Assembly: GCA_964521665.1 (NCBI GenBank) | Contig: CAZFSG010000006.1 | Location: 1 to 46,254, forward strand | From: an uncultured Elusimicrobia bacterium | GTDB taxonomy: Bacteria; Elusimicrobiota; Endomicrobiia; DTEH01 | DNA length: 46,254 nt | Direction of reading: 5' to 3' | Shown here: positions 10,501 through 21,699 of the stretch, in pieces | How the letters are laid out: each line of letters opens with the position of its first letter | Position numbering within the stretch: position 1 is the first letter of the stretch | Position numbers and translations under genes: made by a program | Notes under the pieces: model-generated | What the model was told of the DNA's origin: nothing | Database searches by the model: none | What the model saw: the letters and a program-made list of their open reading frames with translations, nothing else

Positions 10501-12591
10501 AGAGGAAATATAGATCAAGTAAGACAACTTTCAGCAATACGTGGTTTGATGTCAAGACCACAAAGAAAAATTATGGGTGAGATAGGTGAAATTATTGAAA
10601 CACCTATACTATCTAACTTCCGTGAAGGATTAACTCCGTTAGAGTACTTTATTTCTGCTCATGGTGGTAGAAAAGGACTTACTGATACTGCTCTTAAAAC
10701 ATCAGAAGCTGGCTATCTTACAAGAAGGTTAATAGATGTTGCTCACCATGTGGTTATAACAGAGGAGGATTGCGGAACTATCAACAGGATAAAAGTTTCA
10801 GCATTAAAAGTAGGTGATGAGGTTATAGAAAGTTTAGCAGAACGTATTGCTGGAAGAGTAGCTGCTGATGATATCACATACGAAGTAATAGATGAGAAAA
10901 CTAACCAAGTAGTAGTAAAAGTTGTAAAAGCAGGAGAAATGATTACTGAAGAACAAGCAAAAGAAATTGAGAAATCAGGATTGTATGAAAGTATAAGGAT
11001 AAGATCTGTTCTTACTTGTGAGAGTAAAAGAGGGGTTTGTGCAAAGTGTTATGGTATGGATTTATCTACTGGTAAATTAGTAGAAGTAGGTAAACCTGTA
11101 GGGATAATTGCTGCACAGTCTATTGGTGAGCCAGGAACACAACTTACATTAAGAACATTCCATATAGGTGGTGCTGCAGCACGTTTAGTTAAACAATCAC
11201 AGATTAGAGCACCATATGATGGTAAAATTGAGTATTTTTCAGAAACACAGCAATCAGCTAAGTTCAAAACAATACAAAAGAAAGATGCAACAACAGGTAG
11301 AATATTTTGGATTGTTCTTACTAGCGATGCTATCCTGAGATTTGTTTATACAACACCCAAAGGAGAAAAGAAAAGAGAAACTTGGAGGTTAGAATATGGT
11401 GCAAGAATTTATGTTAGAGATGGTCAAGAAATAAAAAAAGGTGAACTTATTGCAGATTGGGATGTTTATTCTATTCCTATTATTTGTGAGAAAAAAGGTA
11501 GAATAAAATATCAGGATTTGAAAGAAAATAGGACTTATGTTGTAGAACAAATTTCCTCAGGAAATTTAGAGAAACGTGTTTTACCACATCGTGGGCGAGA
11601 AAATCCAAGGTTAGATGTTGTAAACGATAAAGGTAAGATAATTGCTACATACCCATTACCAGCAGATACTGTAATATTAGTAGAAGATGGACAAGAAGTA
11701 TCTGAGGGTGATGTAATAGCAAAGATACCTAAAGAAGAAATAAAAACAAAAGATATAACTGGCGGTTTACCACGAGTTGAAGAACTTTTTGAAGCAAGAC
11801 ATCCAGAAAATTCTGCAGTTTTAGCAGAGATTGATGGTATTATAAAAATTGAAACAAAAGAAGATAAAACAACAGAAACGCCAAAAACAGAAGTTATTGT
11901 TAAAATTGTAAATCCTAAAGCTACAAAAGAAGTTAAAATTCCACCGAATAGAATACTGTTGGTTTATGATGGAGATAAAGTTGAAGCTGGTGAACCGCTG
12001 ACCGATGGTGTGATAGATCCGCATAAATATCTTGAGATACGGGGTCCTCATCATCTCCAAGAGTTTTATTTAAATGAAATACAACAGGTGTATAGATTGC
12101 AAGGTGTCCATATAAATGATAAACACATTGAAATAATTATAAGACAAATGTTATCTTTTGTTAGAATCACAGATCCTGGTTTACCACCAAAACCAAAAGA
12201 TAACAAAAAATTTTACGAATTTATATATGGAGAAATTGTGCCAAAAAGATTGTTTGAAGAAGAAGTAGAGAAAATAAATAAAGAAAAAAAATTATTGAGA
12301 AAAGAAGGAAAACATAAAGAAGCAGAAGAAATTTGTCCTCCAAAAGCTGAACCTGTACTTTTAGGTATTTCCACGGTTGCTCTTTGGTCAGAGTCATTTT
12401 TGTCAGCAGCGTCGTTCCAAGAAACGTCTCGTGTATTAGCAGAAGCTGCTGTAGAAGGTAGAATTGATAATTTGACAGGACTTAAAGAAAATGTAATAAT
12501 TGGCAGACTAATACCTTCTGGAACAGGATTTTACAGAGAAGAAGGATTATCATTATTTTTTACCAAAGAACCTCAAGAAAAACTTTTTTAA
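7579..12591 (+). CDS. rpoC: DNA-directed RNA polymerase subunit beta' (1670 aa, with large insertions)
   Basis: Zn-finger CxC..CxxC near the N-terminus, catalytic [10 protein letters not shown], bridge helix/trigger loop [31 protein letters not shown]. Confidence 0.98.
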   Translation: MKLSLKKKQEIDFFNFEAIGISLASPEQIREMSYGEVKKTETLNYKTLKPERDGLFCEKIFGPVRDYECSCGKYKKTMAVASDTIKPIVCNRCGVEITSSKVRRERMGHIELAVPVAHFWYFGKVPSKIAIFLDMSHPDVKDIIYGLVWVTVKEIDDIKDLVLQSIQSEIGEQPERCGLSKEHIDVFYYIIKENKEKIPLPKKFLLSSKEKHLSKLASHIIGYLKKFLQNFRKDKNKISTLATKLEVKEDQIINIVDACLQKLISYIESQSNYFFRKVVEDIINDEKYIGNLGDPKNYLKENVSVLTNAEAIYRLLRDEGKEENLKKELEIIKKELKELYKQENISRTLLLFEKYKDVDVYKEDMHIISKIKDILGFSTKQSQQNDLQQEINELKNALISHIEKGISSEILSELSVLFKKYSITIHPSPERSRLINRSKLIENFLTKNIKPEWMVLTVLPVLPPDLRPLVVIEGGKFASSDLNELYRRIIHRNNRLRKFFLTTKESSSKEGGLAGIPKPVLLNEKRLLQEAVDALIENSAKKHPIMMSAQKRPLKSLTDILKGKKGRFRQNLLGKRIDYSGRSTIAVGPELKLYQCGLPKEMAYELFKPYLIHKVMKKLNVSLKKAKIMVDRKVPEIWDLLEEITKHHVVLLNRAPTLHTPSIQAFEPVLVDGKAILIHPMVCTPYNADFDGDQMGVYVPLTLQALTEAKLLMTSYFSLFSPANGKVLIGPTQDVVLGISYLTAVKDGEKGEGKIFSSAEEAIYAYEQGIINLNSKIKVVGITDLEIKYENGKPDYSITKDPTKWQSYTTVGRLIFNSILPKEISLFNLSLSDEEKKKKNRVFGKNDLVDLIKEIYQKCGAYETIKFLDELKKLGYHYATISGFTISVDDMIIPKGKLEKIKEAQQRIKEVEQQAKEGIITEKERYNSVIDIWSETIDKITKEMIEEMEKVGKEPYREGKPRFNSVYFMAQSGARGNIDQVRQLSAIRGLMSRPQRKIMGEIGEIIETPILSNFREGLTPLEYFISAHGGRKGLTDTALKTSEAGYLTRRLIDVAHHVVITEEDCGTINRIKVSALKVGDEVIESLAERIAGRVAADDITYEVIDEKTNQVVVKVVKAGEMITEEQAKEIEKSGLYESIRIRSVLTCESKRGVCAKCYGMDLSTGKLVEVGKPVGIIAAQSIGEPGTQLTLRTFHIGGAAARLVKQSQIRAPYDGKIEYFSETQQSAKFKTIQKKDATTGRIFWIVLTSDAILRFVYTTPKGEKKRETWRLEYGARIYVRDGQEIKKGELIADWDVYSIPIICEKKGRIKYQDLKENRTYVVEQISSGNLEKRVLPHRGRENPRLDVVNDKGKIIATYPLPADTVILVEDGQEVSEGDVIAKIPKEEIKTKDITGGLPRVEELFEARHPENSAVLAEIDGIIKIETKEDKTTETPKTEVIVKIVNPKATKEVKIPPNRILLVYDGDKVEAGEPLTDGVIDPHKYLEIRGPHHLQEFYLNEIQQVYRLQGVHINDKHIEIIIRQMLSFVRITDPGLPPKPKDNKKFYEFIYGEIVPKRLFEEEVEKINKEKKLLRKEGKHKEAEEICPPKAEPVLLGISTVALWSESFLSAASFQETSRVLAEAAVEGRIDNLTGLKENVIIGRLIPSGTGFYREEGLSLFFTKEPQEKLF

Positions 12592-12607
12592 AAGAGGAGT
12601 GTGTAAT

Positions 12608-12979
12608 ATGCCAACGATAAATCAGTTGGTAAGATGTCCAAGAAAACCTGTTAAATATAAATCTAAATCGCCTGCGTTAAAAGGATGTCCACAACGACGT
12701 GGTGTCTGCACTAGAGTTTATATTATGACACCTAAAAAACCTAACTCTGCGCTAAGAAAAGTTGCAAAAGTAAAATTGACTTCTGGTTATGAAGTAACCT
12801 GTTATATTCCAGGAATTGGACATAATCTTCAAGAACATTCAATAGTTTTAGTTCGTGGTGGAAGAGTAAAAGATTTACCTGGTGTTAGGTATCATATTAT
12901 AAGAGGAGTATTAGATGCAGCAGGTGTTGAAAATAGAAGGCAGGGAAGATCAAAATATGGTGCAAAAAAACCTAAATAA
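12608..12979 (+). CDS. rpsL: 30S ribosomal protein S12
   Basis: [35 protein letters not shown]. The ATG at 12608 sits behind SD AGAGGAG. The ORF track's GTG at 12599 is less likely. Confidence 0.97.
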   Translation: MPTINQLVRCPRKPVKYKSKSPALKGCPQRRGVCTRVYIMTPKKPNSALRKVAKVKLTSGYEVTCYIPGIGHNLQEHSIVLVRGGRVKDLPGVRYHIIRGVLDAAGVENRRQGRSKYGAKKPK

Positions 12980-13005
12980 AAAGTTTCTTAAGAGGGGAAA
13001 AATTA

Positions 13006-13479
13006 ATGGCAAGAAGGCCTGTTAAAAAAAGAAGAGAAATTTTACCTGATATAAGATATAACAGTGTTTTAGTCGCACGCTTCATTAATAAGATAAATTA
13101 TTGTGGTAAAAAAAATTTAGCTATGAAAATTGTATATGGTGCGTTTGATATCATAAAACAAAGGCTAAATGAAGATCCACTTAAAGTTTTTACTCAAGCA
13201 ATTGAAAATGCAAGACCTTTAGTTGAGTTAAGACCAAGAAGAATTGGTGGTGCAACATATCAAGTACCAGTAGAAGTTCCGCAATATCGTGGGGAAACTT
13301 TAGCAATGCGCTGGATTATTGAATATGCAAGACAAAGAAAAGGTAAACCAATGAAAGAAAAACTTGCTGAAGAAATCATTGCTGCTTATAAGAAAGAAAA
13401 CTCGGCTGTTATTAAAAAACGTGAAGATACACATAAAATGGCTGAAGCAAATCGCGCATTTGCACATTATAGGTGGTAA
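13006..13479 (+). CDS. rpsG: 30S ribosomal protein S7
   Basis: S7 motifs ([25 protein letters not shown]-terminus). Confidence 0.97.
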   Translation: MARRPVKKRREILPDIRYNSVLVARFINKINYCGKKNLAMKIVYGAFDIIKQRLNEDPLKVFTQAIENARPLVELRPRRIGGATYQVPVEVPQYRGETLAMRWIIEYARQRKGKPMKEKLAEEIIAAYKKENSAVIKKREDTHKMAEANRAFAHYRW

Positions 13480-13493
13480 ATTTATAATGGATT

Positions 13494-15569
13494 ATGAAAA
13501 GAGAATATCCAGCAGAAAAAATAAGAAATATAGGATTAATTGCGCATATCGATGCAGGTAAAACTACTACTACTGAACGTATACTTTATTACACAGGGAG
13601 AATTTATAAATTAGGTGAAGTTGATGAAGGCACTGCTACGATGGACTGGATGCCACAAGAAAAAGAACGAGGTATTACAATAACTGCTGCTGCTACATAT
13701 TGTAGGTGGAAAGATTATCAGATAAATATTATTGATACTCCTGGCCATGTAGATTTTACCATAGAAGTAGAACGTAGTTTAAAAGTATTAGATGGATGTA
13801 TTGTTATTTTTGATGCAGTAAATGGTGTTGAATCACAATCAGAAACTGTTTGGCATCAAGCAGACCGTTACGAAGTACCACGAATTGTGTTTATTAACAA
13901 AATGGACAGAGTTGGTGCAGATTTTGAAGATACTGTTCATCAAATAAAGAAAAAATTAAATGCTTTACCTATAGTAGTTCAGTTGCCAATTGGTAAAGGA
14001 GAAGATTTTTGTGGAATTATAGACGTTATTGAACAATGTGCATACATTTGGGATGACGAAGAAGGAAAAATTTTTCATAAAACTTCCATACCAGAAAGTT
14101 ATATAGATTCTGCGAACTTTTACAGAAAAATTTTGATTGAAACAATTATAAATTTTAATGATATGGTTGCTGAAAAATATCTTAAAAACGAAGAAATTAC
14201 TATACAAGAAATAAAATCTGTTATAAGAGAACTTACAATAAAAAATATTGTTGTACCGGTCTTTTGTGGTTCAGCATACAAAAATCGTGGTATACAACTT
14301 TTGCTTGATGGTGTTTGTGATTATTTACCTTCCCCTTTAGAATGTAAAGTTGAAGGTTTAGATGTTGAAACATTACAAAAGAAAGCTATCAGAAAATCAG
14401 AAGACGAAATTTTGTGTGGTTTAGTATTTAAAGTACAGATGGATAAGTTTTTTGGCAAATTATTATATACTCGGCTTTATTCAGGGATGGTAAAAGTTAA
14501 TGACTTAATTTATAACCCGAGAACTAAAACTACAGAACGTGTGGGACGTATTGTGCGTTTACATGCACAACAAAAAGAAGATATAAAAGAAGCATATTTT
14601 GGTGATATTGTAGGATTTATTGGATTAAAAAACTTTACTACTGGTGATACAATTTGTACAAAGAAATATCCGATACTTATAGAAAAAATTCATACACCAC
14701 AACCTGTTATTTGGCAAAAAATTGAACCTAAAACAAAAGCTGATGAAGAAAAATTTGCTTTTGCACTAAATAATTTGCTTGAAGAAGATCCAACATTGAA
14801 ATTAATAGTTGATAACGAAACTGCTGAAACAATAATTGCTGGTATGGGAGAACTACATCTTGAGATTGTTGTTGATAGGTTAAAACGTGAATATGGTGTG
14901 GAAACAAGAACATCTAAACCTCAAGTTGCATACAGGGAATATTTAACTGAACATATTATAGAAGAAGGAAAGTATATTAAACAAACGGGTGGTAAAGGAC
15001 AATATGGCCATGTTGTAATTGAAGTTACTCCCTTAGAAAGAAATAGCGGAGTTAGGTTCATCAACAAAATACGTGGTGGTGTTATTCCTAAAGAGTACAT
15101 TGGAGCAATTGAAGATGGTGTAAAAGAAGCGTTAAATTGTGGTCCAATAGCTGGCTACCCTGTGATAGATGTTGAAGTATCTTTAATAGATGGTTCCTAT
15201 CACGAGGTTGATTCTTCGGAAATTGCATTTAAAATTGCAGCTGAACTTGCTATAAAAAATGTGTATAAAAAAGTTAAAGCGTTGTTGTTAGAACCAATAA
15301 TGAAAGTTGAAGTAGTAGTTTCAGATGAATACCTAGGTGAGGTATTATCAGATTTTAGTTTACGTAGAGGTAAAGTGATAAATATGGAGGTTAAGGGTAA
15401 AATTTACCATGTTCGTGCATATGTGCCGTTAAGTAATATGTTTGGGTATGCTACTTCTTTGCGTTCTTTAACACAGGGTAGAGCAACTTATACAATGGAA
15501 TTTTCACATTACGAAGAAGTTCCAAAGGAAATATTAGATAGGTTTGTAGGTGTTGTACAGCCAGTGTAA
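13494..15569 (+). CDS. fusA: Elongation factor G
   Basis: AHIDAGKTTTTE P-loop, canonical switch I (MDWMPQEKERGITI), DTPGHVDF, 691 aa. Confidence 0.97.
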   Translation: MKREYPAEKIRNIGLIAHIDAGKTTTTERILYYTGRIYKLGEVDEGTATMDWMPQEKERGITITAAATYCRWKDYQINIIDTPGHVDFTIEVERSLKVLDGCIVIFDAVNGVESQSETVWHQADRYEVPRIVFINKMDRVGADFEDTVHQIKKKLNALPIVVQLPIGKGEDFCGIIDVIEQCAYIWDDEEGKIFHKTSIPESYIDSANFYRKILIETIINFNDMVAEKYLKNEEITIQEIKSVIRELTIKNIVVPVFCGSAYKNRGIQLLLDGVCDYLPSPLECKVEGLDVETLQKKAIRKSEDEILCGLVFKVQMDKFFGKLLYTRLYSGMVKVNDLIYNPRTKTTERVGRIVRLHAQQKEDIKEAYFGDIVGFIGLKNFTTGDTICTKKYPILIEKIHTPQPVIWQKIEPKTKADEEKFAFALNNLLEEDPTLKLIVDNETAETIIAGMGELHLEIVVDRLKREYGVETRTSKPQVAYREYLTEHIIEEGKYIKQTGGKGQYGHVVIEVTPLERNSGVRFINKIRGGVIPKEYIGAIEDGVKEALNCGPIAGYPVIDVEVSLIDGSYHEVDSSEIAFKIAAELAIKNVYKKVKALLLEPIMKVEVVVSDEYLGEVLSDFSLRRGKVINMEVKGKIYHVRAYVPLSNMFGYATSLRSLTQGRATYTMEFSHYEEVPKEILDRFVGVVQPV

Positions 15570-15576
15570 AAATGTT

Positions 15577-15650
15577 GCCGAGGTGGCTCAGCCTGGTAGA
15601 GCACCTCCTTGGTAAGGAGGTGGTCGTGGGTTCAAATCCCATCCTCGGCT
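15577..15650 (+). tRNA. tRNA-Thr (anticodon GGU)
   Basis: Hand-folded cloverleaf: acceptor GCCGAGG/CCTCGGC, anticodon arm CCTCC-TTGGTAA-GGAGG, T-arm GTGGG-TTCAAAT-CCCAT. Starts 7 nt after the fusA stop. Confidence 0.9.
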
Positions 15651-15730
15651 ATTATGGGGAAAATAAGTAGACAAGCGGGCAATTTGGAAATAAAAATAAA
15701 AAATTTTAAAAGAGGAGGTAAAAACAACCA

Positions 15731-16936
15731 ATGAGTAAACCAAAGTTTGAACGAACAAAACCACATATAAATGTTGGAACTATTGGACATATCGATCATG
15801 GAAAGACAATGTTGACTTCAGCAATCACTCATGTGTTAGCAAAACAAGGTAAAAGCAAAGCTATGGACTATGCTGAGATAGCGAAAGGTGGTGTTGTACG
15901 TGACGAAAGCAAAATTTTAACTGTATCTATTGCTCATGTTGAATATGAGACAGATAAAAGACATTATGCACATATTGATTGTCCAGGTCATGCGGATTAT
16001 ATTAAGAATATGATAACAGGTGCTGCACAAATGGATGGTGCAATATTAGTAGTTTCAGCTCCAGATGGTCCAATGCCACAAACAAGAGAACATATTCTTC
16101 TTGCAAGACAAGTTAATGTTCCTGCGATAGTAGTTTACTTGAATAAAGTTGATCTTATGGATGATAAAGAATTGTTGGACTTAGTAGAGATGGAAGTCAG
16201 AGATTTATTAACAAAATATGAGTTTGATGGAGATAAAGTTCCTGTGATAAGAGGTTCAGCATTGAAAGCGTTATTAGCAGCTGAGGGTAAGGAAGATCCA
16301 AAATGGATGGATTCTATTTTTGAACTATTGAATGCATTAGACGAATATATTCCTATACCACAACGTGATATAGACAAACCGTTTTTGTTGAGTGTAGAAG
16401 ATGTGTTTTCTATTACAGGTCGTGGAACTGTTGCAACTGGGAGAGTTGAACGCGGGAGAATCAAAGTAGGCGATCCTTGTGAGATAGTAGGAATTCAAGA
16501 AACAAAGAAAAGTGTGATAACATCAATTGAGATGTTTAGAAAAGTGTTAGATGAGGCAGTTGCTGGGGATAATGTAGGAGTGTTATTAAGAGGGATCGAA
16601 AAAGATGATGTTGAACGTGGTATGGTGATTGCAGCACCAGGGTCTATTACCCCACATAAAAAGTTTAAAGCACAAGTGTATGTGTTAACAAAAGAAGAAG
16701 GTGGTAGACATACACCTTTCTTTAGTGGCTACAGACCACAATTTTATTTTAGAACATGTGATGTTACCGGTACAATAAAACTTCCACAAGGTGTAGAAAT
16801 GGTTATGCCGGGAGATAATGTAGAGATAGAAGTAGAACTCATTACACCAATTGCGTTAGAACCACAATTAAGATTTGCTATTCGTGAAGGAGGACGTACA
16901 GTAGGTGCTGGTGTTGTGACATCTATAATAGAATAG
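15731..16936 (+). CDS. tuf: Elongation factor Tu (atypical switch-I region)
   Basis: [20 protein letters not shown] and SAL motifs, and a conserved C-terminal half. Strong SD AGAGGAGGT. Confidence 0.95.
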   Translation: MSKPKFERTKPHINVGTIGHIDHGKTMLTSAITHVLAKQGKSKAMDYAEIAKGGVVRDESKILTVSIAHVEYETDKRHYAHIDCPGHADYIKNMITGAAQMDGAILVVSAPDGPMPQTREHILLARQVNVPAIVVYLNKVDLMDDKELLDLVEMEVRDLLTKYEFDGDKVPVIRGSALKALLAAEGKEDPKWMDSIFELLNALDEYIPIPQRDIDKPFLLSVEDVFSITGRGTVATGRVERGRIKVGDPCEIVGIQETKKSVITSIEMFRKVLDEAVAGDNVGVLLRGIEKDDVERGMVIAAPGSITPHKKFKAQVYVLTKEEGGRHTPFFSGYRPQFYFRTCDVTGTIKLPQGVEMVMPGDNVEIEVELITPIALEPQLRFAIREGGRTVGAGVVTSIIE

Positions 16937-16962
16937 AATCTTCTTTTTTAAGGGTAAAAAAA

Positions 16963-17283
16963 ATGGTTGAACAACAATATCAAAAAATTAGAATAAAACT
17001 GAAGAGTTACGACCATAGAGTGTTGGATGAATCAATTAAAAAAATTGTTGATGCGGTAAAACGTACAGGTGTTACTATTTCAGGACCTGTATTGTTACCA
17101 GTAGAAATAAGACGTTACACAGTTTTAAGATCACCACATGTTGATAAAAAATCTCGTGAACAGTTTGAAATAAGAATTCATAAAAGGTTGATAGATATTC
17201 TTGATCCTACACCTTCTACTGTTGAACAATTAATGAATCTTCAACTTCCTTCAGGAATAGAAGTAGAGATAAAAATGGTGTGA
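16963..17283 (+). CDS. rpsJ: 30S ribosomal protein S10
   Basis: [36 protein letters not shown]. Confidence 0.96.
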   Translation: MVEQQYQKIRIKLKSYDHRVLDESIKKIVDAVKRTGVTISGPVLLPVEIRRYTVLRSPHVDKKSREQFEIRIHKRLIDILDPTPSTVEQLMNLQLPSGIEVEIKMV

Positions 17284-17339
17284 TTAGGTATTAGTGAAGA
17301 GTCGAGCGTTATCAAATTAACTATAAGAGGGAAAAAAAG

Positions 17340-18023
17340 ATGATAAATGCAATTTTAGGTAAAAAACTTGGGATGACACGTATATTTAATGAAAATAATG
17401 AAGTATGTCCTGTTACAGTGGTCTACACTGGTGGATGTAGAATTGCGCAGGTAAAAACAAAAGAAACTGATGGATATACTGCTGTACAATTATGTTTTGG
17501 TGAAAAAAAAGTTAAAAATGTTCCAAAACCGTTATTAGGACATTTAGTTAAACATAACATAAAAATTCCACCATTAGTGATAAGAGAAGTGAGATTAGAT
17601 TCTGTGGATGGAATAAAACCAGGTGAAGAAGTAAGTATCTCAATTTTTTCTGAGAATGAACTTGTAGATGTTCAAGGTTATACGAAAGGTAAAGGTTTTG
17701 CAGGCGTTGTTAAACGTTGGGGTTTTGGAGGCGGGCCACGTACTCATGGTCAATCAGACAGGTTAAGAGCGCCAGGTTCTATTGGTTCACAACGACCACA
17801 ACGTGTACCTAAAGGACGAAAAATGGCTGGACATTTAGGTAACGAACTTGTTACGATAAAAAACTTGCAGGTTGTTAAAGTGGATAAAGAAAATAATCTT
17901 TTGTTTATAAAAGGTGCAATACCTGGAAATAAAAATTCTATTGTTTTGATAAAAAAAACTGGGAAAGTTGTAAAACCAAAACAAGAAATGGTAATAGAAG
18001 AAAAAAAGAGGTTAAAGAAATAA
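17340..18023 (+). CDS. rplC: 50S ribosomal protein L3
   Basis: GKKLGMTRIF..GYTKGKGFAGVVKRWGF.GGP.THGQS. Confidence 0.96.
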   Translation: MINAILGKKLGMTRIFNENNEVCPVTVVYTGGCRIAQVKTKETDGYTAVQLCFGEKKVKNVPKPLLGHLVKHNIKIPPLVIREVRLDSVDGIKPGEEVSISIFSENELVDVQGYTKGKGFAGVVKRWGFGGGPRTHGQSDRLRAPGSIGSQRPQRVPKGRKMAGHLGNELVTIKNLQVVKVDKENNLLFIKGAIPGNKNSIVLIKKTGKVVKPKQEMVIEEKKRLKK

Positions 18024-18031
18024 AATAAAAA

Positions 18032-18655
18032 ATGAATAAGATAAGTGTTATAGATATAACAACTGGAAATAAAGTTGAAGAGTTGGAACTCTCTGATAAA
18101 TGGGAGAGATATTTTAATTACAAAAACCCACAGTTTGTTTTGCATGAATACGTTGTTGCATATTTAGCAAATCAAAGGCAAGGAACACATTCTACAAAAA
18201 CGCGCGGTGAAGTTCGTGGTGGTGGTAGAAAACCATGGCCACAAAAACATACAGGTCGTGCAAGACAGGGATCTATTAGGTCACCTTTGTGGAGAAAAGG
18301 GGGTGTTGTTTTTGGTCCAAAACCTAGAGATTACGAAATAAGACTACCCAAGAAGAAAAAACGTTTAGCAAAGTATTTATCAATTGCTGATAAAATAAAA
18401 AATAATAACTTGATTATAGTTAAAGAATTAAAACTTGAAAGTCATAAAACAAAAAATTTTGTTATGATGCTTAAAAACCTTAATCTTGATTCCCAAAAAA
18501 TTTTGGTTGTAGATAAAAGTTTAGAAAAGAATGTTAAACTTGCAACACGAAATTTAAAAAATATTGAACTTTGTAGAGTAAATGATTTAAACGCATACAT
18601 TATACTTAAAAACAATAAATTATTAATTACAAAAGAGGCATTTTTATGTCTATAG
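18032..18655 (+). CDS. rplD: 50S ribosomal protein L4
   Basis: Position in the S10 cluster plus RGGGRKPW.QKHTGRARQGSIRSPLW. Confidence 0.95.
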   Translation: MNKISVIDITTGNKVEELELSDKWERYFNYKNPQFVLHEYVVAYLANQRQGTHSTKTRGEVRGGGRKPWPQKHTGRARQGSIRSPLWRKGGVVFGPKPRDYEIRLPKKKKRLAKYLSIADKIKNNNLIIVKELKLESHKTKNFVMMLKNLNLDSQKILVVDKSLEKNVKLATRNLKNIELCRVNDLNAYIILKNNKLLITKEAFLCL

Positions 18656-18945
18656 ATTTATATAAAATAATCAAACGGCCAATTATTACAGAAAAAACAA
18701 CAAAGTTGAAACAACAACAAAACTCTTATGTGTTTGAAGTTGATATCAACGCAACAAAATCGCAAATTAAACAAGCGATTGAAAAGTTGTTCAATGTAGA
18801 TGTTGAAGATGTGAGAACGATGATAATAAAAGGGAAATTGCGAAGATATGGGAGATATGAAGGATACAAACCTGATTGGAAAAAAGCAATTGTTAAAATA
18901 AAAAAAGGTCAAAGTATAAAACAAATTGATGAACTTTCAGTATAA
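18646..18945 (+). CDS. rplW: 50S ribosomal protein L23
   Basis: Position plus an L23-like sequence (IIKRPIITEKT..YVFEVD..ATKSQIKQAIEKLF.V.V). Confidence 0.94.
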   Translation: MSIDLYKIIKRPIITEKTTKLKQQQNSYVFEVDINATKSQIKQAIEKLFNVDVEDVRTMIIKGKLRRYGRYEGYKPDWKKAIVKIKKGQSIKQIDELSV

Positions 18946-18957
18946 GGAGTTTAGTTT

Positions 18958-19785
18958 ATGCCTATAAAAACATTTAAACCATATACACCTTCAAGAAGGT
19001 TTATAACAGTAGAAGATTATTCTGATATTACGAAAACAGAACCTGAGAAAAGTTTAATTGTGCCACTTAAAAAGACAGGTGGCAGAAATAATAAAGGTGA
19101 GCTTACTGTAAGACATATTGGAGGTGGTAATAAAAGATTTTATAGAATTATTGATTTTAAACGTGATAAATATGACATTGAAGGCACTATTGTTGCTATT
19201 GAATATGATCCAAACAGATCAGCAAGGATTGCTTTAGTTCAATATGCAGATGGTGAAAAAAGATATATAATTCTTCCTTTAGGATTAAAAGTTGGTGATA
19301 AAATATTGAGTAGTAAAAATGCAATAGATCCATCTATAGGTAATGCTATGCCGCTGAGACATATTCCAATAGGAAGTTTTGTACACAACATTGAGATTTA
19401 CCCAGGCAGTGGTGGGAAGTTATGTCGTGCTGCAGGTGCTTATGCTCAACTTCTTGCTAAAGAAGGTGAGTATGCACACTTAAAATTAAAATCTGGTGAA
19501 GTGCGTATGATAAAACTTGATTGTATGGCGACTATAGGTCAAGTTGGTAATATAGATCATATTAATGTTACATTAGGTAAAGCGGGTAGAAGTAGACACT
19601 TGGGTATTCGTCCAACAGTCCGCGGTGTTAAGATGAACGCAGTTGATCATCCACATGGCGGTGGACGCGGAAGGTCAAAAGGTGGGAATCATCCTCGATC
19701 ACCAACAGGTGTTCCAGCAAAAGGATATAAGACAAGAAGAAAAAGAAATATTTGGGATAAGTTTATAATACAGAGAAGAAAATAA
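18958..19785 (+). CDS. rplB: 50S ribosomal protein L2
   Basis: [32 protein letters not shown]. Confidence 0.97.
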   Translation: MPIKTFKPYTPSRRFITVEDYSDITKTEPEKSLIVPLKKTGGRNNKGELTVRHIGGGNKRFYRIIDFKRDKYDIEGTIVAIEYDPNRSARIALVQYADGEKRYIILPLGLKVGDKILSSKNAIDPSIGNAMPLRHIPIGSFVHNIEIYPGSGGKLCRAAGAYAQLLAKEGEYAHLKLKSGEVRMIKLDCMATIGQVGNIDHINVTLGKAGRSRHLGIRPTVRGVKMNAVDHPHGGGRGRSKGGNHPRSPTGVPAKGYKTRRKRNIWDKFIIQRRK

Positions 19786-19835
19786 AACAAAATTGATTTT
19801 GTAGTTGGTGTAGCACAAGATTCATCTTTACATTT

Positions 19836-19853
19836 AGTTTGTATTTACAAACT
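19836..19853 (+). promoter_or_regulatory. Hairpin (AGTTTGTA-TT-TACAAACT) in the rplB-rpsS spacer
   Basis: 8-nt inverted arms read directly from the sequence. Function unknown. Confidence 0.2.
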
Positions 19854-19877
19854 CTATATTTACGGAGGAAAAAATTT

Positions 19878-20153
19878 ATGGGGAGGGTTCCGTATGTAGA
19901 TCCTAAAGTTTATAAAAAAGTTCAGAAAATTTTACAAAATAAAGAAAAAAAAGTAATAAAAACATGGGCAAGGGATTGCACAATTATACCAGAATTTGTG
20001 GGATTTACTTTCTTAGTTCATAATGGGAAAAAATTTATTCCTGTGTATGTTACAGAACAAATGGTTGGACATAAACTTGGTGAATTTGCTCCAACAAGGA
20101 TTTTCCGCGGACATGGGGAAGCTCATACGAAAGAACCAACAGAACTAAAATAA
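19878..20153 (+). CDS. rpsS: 30S ribosomal protein S19
   Basis: The ATG at 19878 lies behind SD GGAGGA. The sequence ..[31 protein letters not shown] is typical of S19. The TTG start at 19839 in the ORF track is probably an over-extension. Confidence 0.94.
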   Translation: MGRVPYVDPKVYKKVQKILQNKEKKVIKTWARDCTIIPEFVGFTFLVHNGKKFIPVYVTEQMVGHKLGEFAPTRIFRGHGEAHTKEPTELK

Positions 20154-20178
20154 TAACAGACTATTTTAGGAGAAAATT

Positions 20179-20535
20179 ATGGAAGGTGTGTGTTATGCAC
20201 GATATATAAGATATTCACCTAGAAAAATTGCACAAGTGTTAAAAATTATTCGTGGTAAAAATGTAGCAAATGTTTTTAATATATTAGATAATATAAATAA
20301 ATCCTGTTGTTTAGAAATCAAAAAAGCAATTAAAAGTGCATTAGCAAATGCAGGTGGATTAAAAGAACCATATAAGTTTTATGTAAAAGAATGTTTTGTC
20401 ACAAAAGGTCCATATTTAAAACGTATAATGCCAAAAGCGTTCGGTAGAGCAGCTTTGTTTACTCGTAAAATGGCACATTTAACAGTTGTCGTAAGTGATG
20501 AGAAAAAACAAGCACGATATAAAAAGGAGAAATAA
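20179..20535 (+). CDS. rplV: 50S ribosomal protein L22
   Basis: ARYIRYSPRKIAQVLKIIRGK.. plus cluster position. Confidence 0.94.
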   Translation: MEGVCYARYIRYSPRKIAQVLKIIRGKNVANVFNILDNINKSCCLEIKKAIKSALANAGGLKEPYKFYVKECFVTKGPYLKRIMPKAFGRAALFTRKMAHLTVVVSDEKKQARYKKEK

Positions 20536-20537
20536 AA

Positions 20538-21251
20538 ATGGGACAAAAAGTTCCACCACAGGCAAATAGGTTAGGGTTTATAGAAAATTGGCAATCACAA
20601 TGGTTTGTAGATTTTAAAACAACACCTGAACTTGTTGAACAGGATTATCGTATTAGAACTTATATAATGAATAAATTTAGATACGCAATTATTTCTAAAA
20701 TAATAATAGAACGTACAGGTTCACATATATTTATTAACATTTATACTGTGCGACCTGGAATAATTATTGGTAAAGGTGGAGAAAATATAAATGAACTTAC
20801 TGAATTTATAAAAACACTTACAGGTAGTGAAAAGGTAGCAGTCAAAGTTACTGAAGTTGTTCAACCGTCGTTAGATGCTCAATGTGTAGCAGAATTTATT
20901 GCGTTAGCATTAGAAAAAAATATGAATTATCGGAGAGTGATAAAAAACGCAATTGCACGTTCAATGGAGGCAGGAGCATTGGGTATAAAAGTTCGTGTAA
21001 GTGGTAGATTAGCAGGAGCTGAAATTGCACGAAGTGAATTGTTTCGCGAAGGAAGGATACCATCAAATACTTTTCGCGCTTATATTTCTTACGGTTTCTC
21101 AGAAGCAATAATTAAAAAAGGTAAAATAGGTGTTAAAGTGTGGATCTTTTTAAAAGAACTTTTAACAAAAGAAGAACAAGAAAAAGTCCGTAGAGAAGGA
21201 ATTTATTCAGTTCTTTTAGCTGATAAAAGACAAAGAGAACAGAGTAATTGA
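20538..21251 (+). CDS. rpsC: 30S ribosomal protein S3
   Basis: MGQKV.P...RLG....W.S.WF, KH domain GIIIGKGGENI, GRL.GAEIAR.E..REGR.P. Confidence 0.96.
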   Translation: MGQKVPPQANRLGFIENWQSQWFVDFKTTPELVEQDYRIRTYIMNKFRYAIISKIIIERTGSHIFINIYTVRPGIIIGKGGENINELTEFIKTLTGSEKVAVKVTEVVQPSLDAQCVAEFIALALEKNMNYRRVIKNAIARSMEAGALGIKVRVSGRLAGAEIARSELFREGRIPSNTFRAYISYGFSEAIIKKGKIGVKVWIFLKELLTKEEQEKVRREGIYSVLLADKRQREQSN

Positions 21252-21285
21252 TATTAATTAAATTTAAATTTTAGGAGAAAAATTT

Positions 21286-21699
21286 ATGTTGATGCCAAGT
21301 AGAGTAAAATATAGAAAGCATCATCTGAAAAAGATAAAAGGTGTTTCTGAAGGTGCAAAAGAATTACATTTTGGTGACTACGGATTAAAAACACTTGAAA
21401 GTGGATATATAACTCAAAGGCAAATTGAAGCGTGTAGGCTAACTATCTCAAGATTTTTACAACACGGTGGTAAATTGTGGTTGAGAGTTTTTCCTGACAT
21501 TTCTGTTACTAAGAAACCTGCTGAATCAAGGATGGGTAAAGGTAAGGGTGATCCTGCATATTGGATTGCAAGAGTTAAAAAAGGGCGGATATTGTTTGAA
21601 GTTGCTGGTGTGGCACCAGAGGTAGCTGTTGAAGCGTTAAGACAAGCATCATATAAATTACCATTTGAAACTAAAATAGTTCAAAGACATACAGTATAA
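21286..21699 (+). CDS. rplP: 50S ribosomal protein L16
   Basis: MLMPSRVKYRK.., RMGKGKG.P..W.A.VK.GRILFE. Confidence 0.96.
   Translation: MLMPSRVKYRKHHLKKIKGVSEGAKELHFGDYGLKTLESGYITQRQIEACRLTISRFLQHGGKLWLRVFPDISVTKKPAESRMGKGKGDPAYWIARVKKGRILFEVAGVAPEVAVEALRQASYKLPFETKIVQRHTV

Noticed and set aside
13364-13561. 65-aa + strand ORF spanning the rpsG end and the fusA start
   Set aside because: It is out of frame with both conserved genes, and the EF-G N-terminus (MKREYPAEKIRNIGLIAHIDAGKTT) fixes the real frame. One caveat: the AGGTGG at 13471-13476 is better spaced for the ATG at 13487 than for the fusA ATG at 13494. That frame, however, stops after 24 codons.
15451-15642. Minus-strand 63-aa ORF, plus ORFs 41800..42039(+) and 45816..46028(+)
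   Set aside because: They overlap tRNA genes and/or the ends of well-supported CDSs. Their peptides are typical translations of tRNA sequence.
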